The position numbers and the translations under genes are program-made. Positions 63,040 through 64,000 of a stretch of 64,000 bases of DNA are shown here, piece by piece. The stretch comes from Octopus sinensis (lineage: Eukaryota): NCBI RefSeq assembly GCF_006345805.1, contig NC_043012.1, forward strand, positions 23,374,001 through 23,438,000, given 5' to 3'. Every line of letters starts with the position of its first letter. Positions within the stretch are counted from its first letter, which is position 1. Below the pieces are notes generated by a model, which was not told the DNA's origin, searched no databases, and worked only from the letters and a program-made list of their open reading frames with translations.

Positions 63040-63305
63040 GAACATATAGATCTCAGTACATACTTCACTGGTATCTCCTGCCGAACCACAAAGGGGATGT
63101 GAACAAACCAACACTGGTTGTCAAGTGGTGGTAGGATACAAACACAATGACACACACACACACAGTCACTTACATATACATTTCAGTTTCTGTCTACTAT
63201 ATCCTCTCACTTTGTTGGACCCATGGCGATAGCGAAAGACACTCTTTGAGTGAGATAGAACCCAATACCTCAAAGTTGCAAAACACTTCTTACCACACAG
63301 CTACA
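63040..63305 (-). mobile_element. Strongly diverged SINE family C
   Basis: caacactggttgtcaagtgg...cagtttctgtctac...cttctaccacacagctac. Confidence 0.6.
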
Positions 63306-64000
63306 TCTGTCCTTAAACATTAATTTTTTTACATTTTAAAAAGAAATATGTATTTTAAATAAAAATAGTATTTTTTTAAAATGGTTCCATTTGTTGACTG
63401 AATGATATATAATGCCCTTCAGCAAGGCACTTTACTTCCCATTCCTCAATTCCATTAAGCTGAAATTAAGTAGCAGTAATTGCAGGGGTTTGGTGTTCCC
63501 TTCACTTGGGAGTCTTGTAATCTGACTCACTTCAATGTCTGAGAAACTAGGATAAGTTCCAGTGTGGTGGGCCTGTAGTGGCTTGCGCAGGTCAGATAGA
63601 ATGCGTCGATAAAGATTTTCTGTAGGTGGATGCTTTTTCTGCCTCCAGCTCTCACCTCTTTCCAAGCTAGGGAATATCTGCCTTGTGGCCAGACATGTTT
63701 TCATGGAAAATTGGAAACACAAGAGATTAAATGAGGATGATGCACACTTTACAACTATGACACAAGTAGACACGCACATAAATACTTGTATATATACATT
63801 GATATGGTGGGCTTCTTTCAGTTTCCATGTACCAAATTCATTCACAAGGTTTTGATTGATCTGATGCAATATATACAATACTGAGGCATCTTGGACAAGT
63901 GTTTTCTACTATGTGACTGTGAAACAAGCTTAAGACACACAATCATCCATGAAGAATGAAATTTATCAATTAAAACTAAAATATAATAAAATAAATTCCC

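Noticed and set aside
63432-63878. 148-aa minus-strand ORF with an apparent 89-nt exon (63531-63619)
   Set aside because: The acceptor and first half derive from a degenerate RTE-type tail, and the N-terminus from a SINE head.
1-64000. CRISPR arrays, rRNA genes, bacterial operons or intact transposase/RT ORFs
   Set aside because: None seen; all TE coding remnants carry stops or frameshifts, and no repeat-spacer array with unique spacers is present.

Overview
AT-rich, repeat-saturated eukaryotic DNA. The SINE families and the very abundant (TA)n/(CA)n/(AAT)n/(GAT)n arrays resemble an octopus (coleoid cephalopod) genome; this is an inference from memory, not a database result. No host protein-coding exon could be assigned with confidence, so the window reads as intronic or intergenic, and most ORF-track entries are microsatellite or repeat artefacts. 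Supported content: more than 30 tRNA-headed SINE copies or fragments in about 4 families; decayed non-LTR retrotransposons (a 2.9 kb CR1-clade APE+RT copy, a second CR1 3' end, an RTE RT fragment, and an R4/Dong-type restriction-endonuclease-like fragment sitting in (AAT)n); two piggyBac-like TTAA MITEs; a tRNA-iMet-like pseudogene; a 17-bp minisatellite; several long fold-back palindromes; and a 1.1 kb tandem duplication that looks like an assembly artefact. The most striking unexplained signal is a set of 11 minimal type I hammerhead-ribozyme-like motifs (CUGANGA-stemII-GAAA-short palindromic stemIII-NUH-stemI) from about 7 unrelated small repeat families. Two of them sit in the spacer of fold-back elements, and in the clearer case the inverted arm begins at the predicted cleavage site. 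All folding and alignment was done by eye, and element boundaries are approximate unless TSDs or TIRs are quoted.
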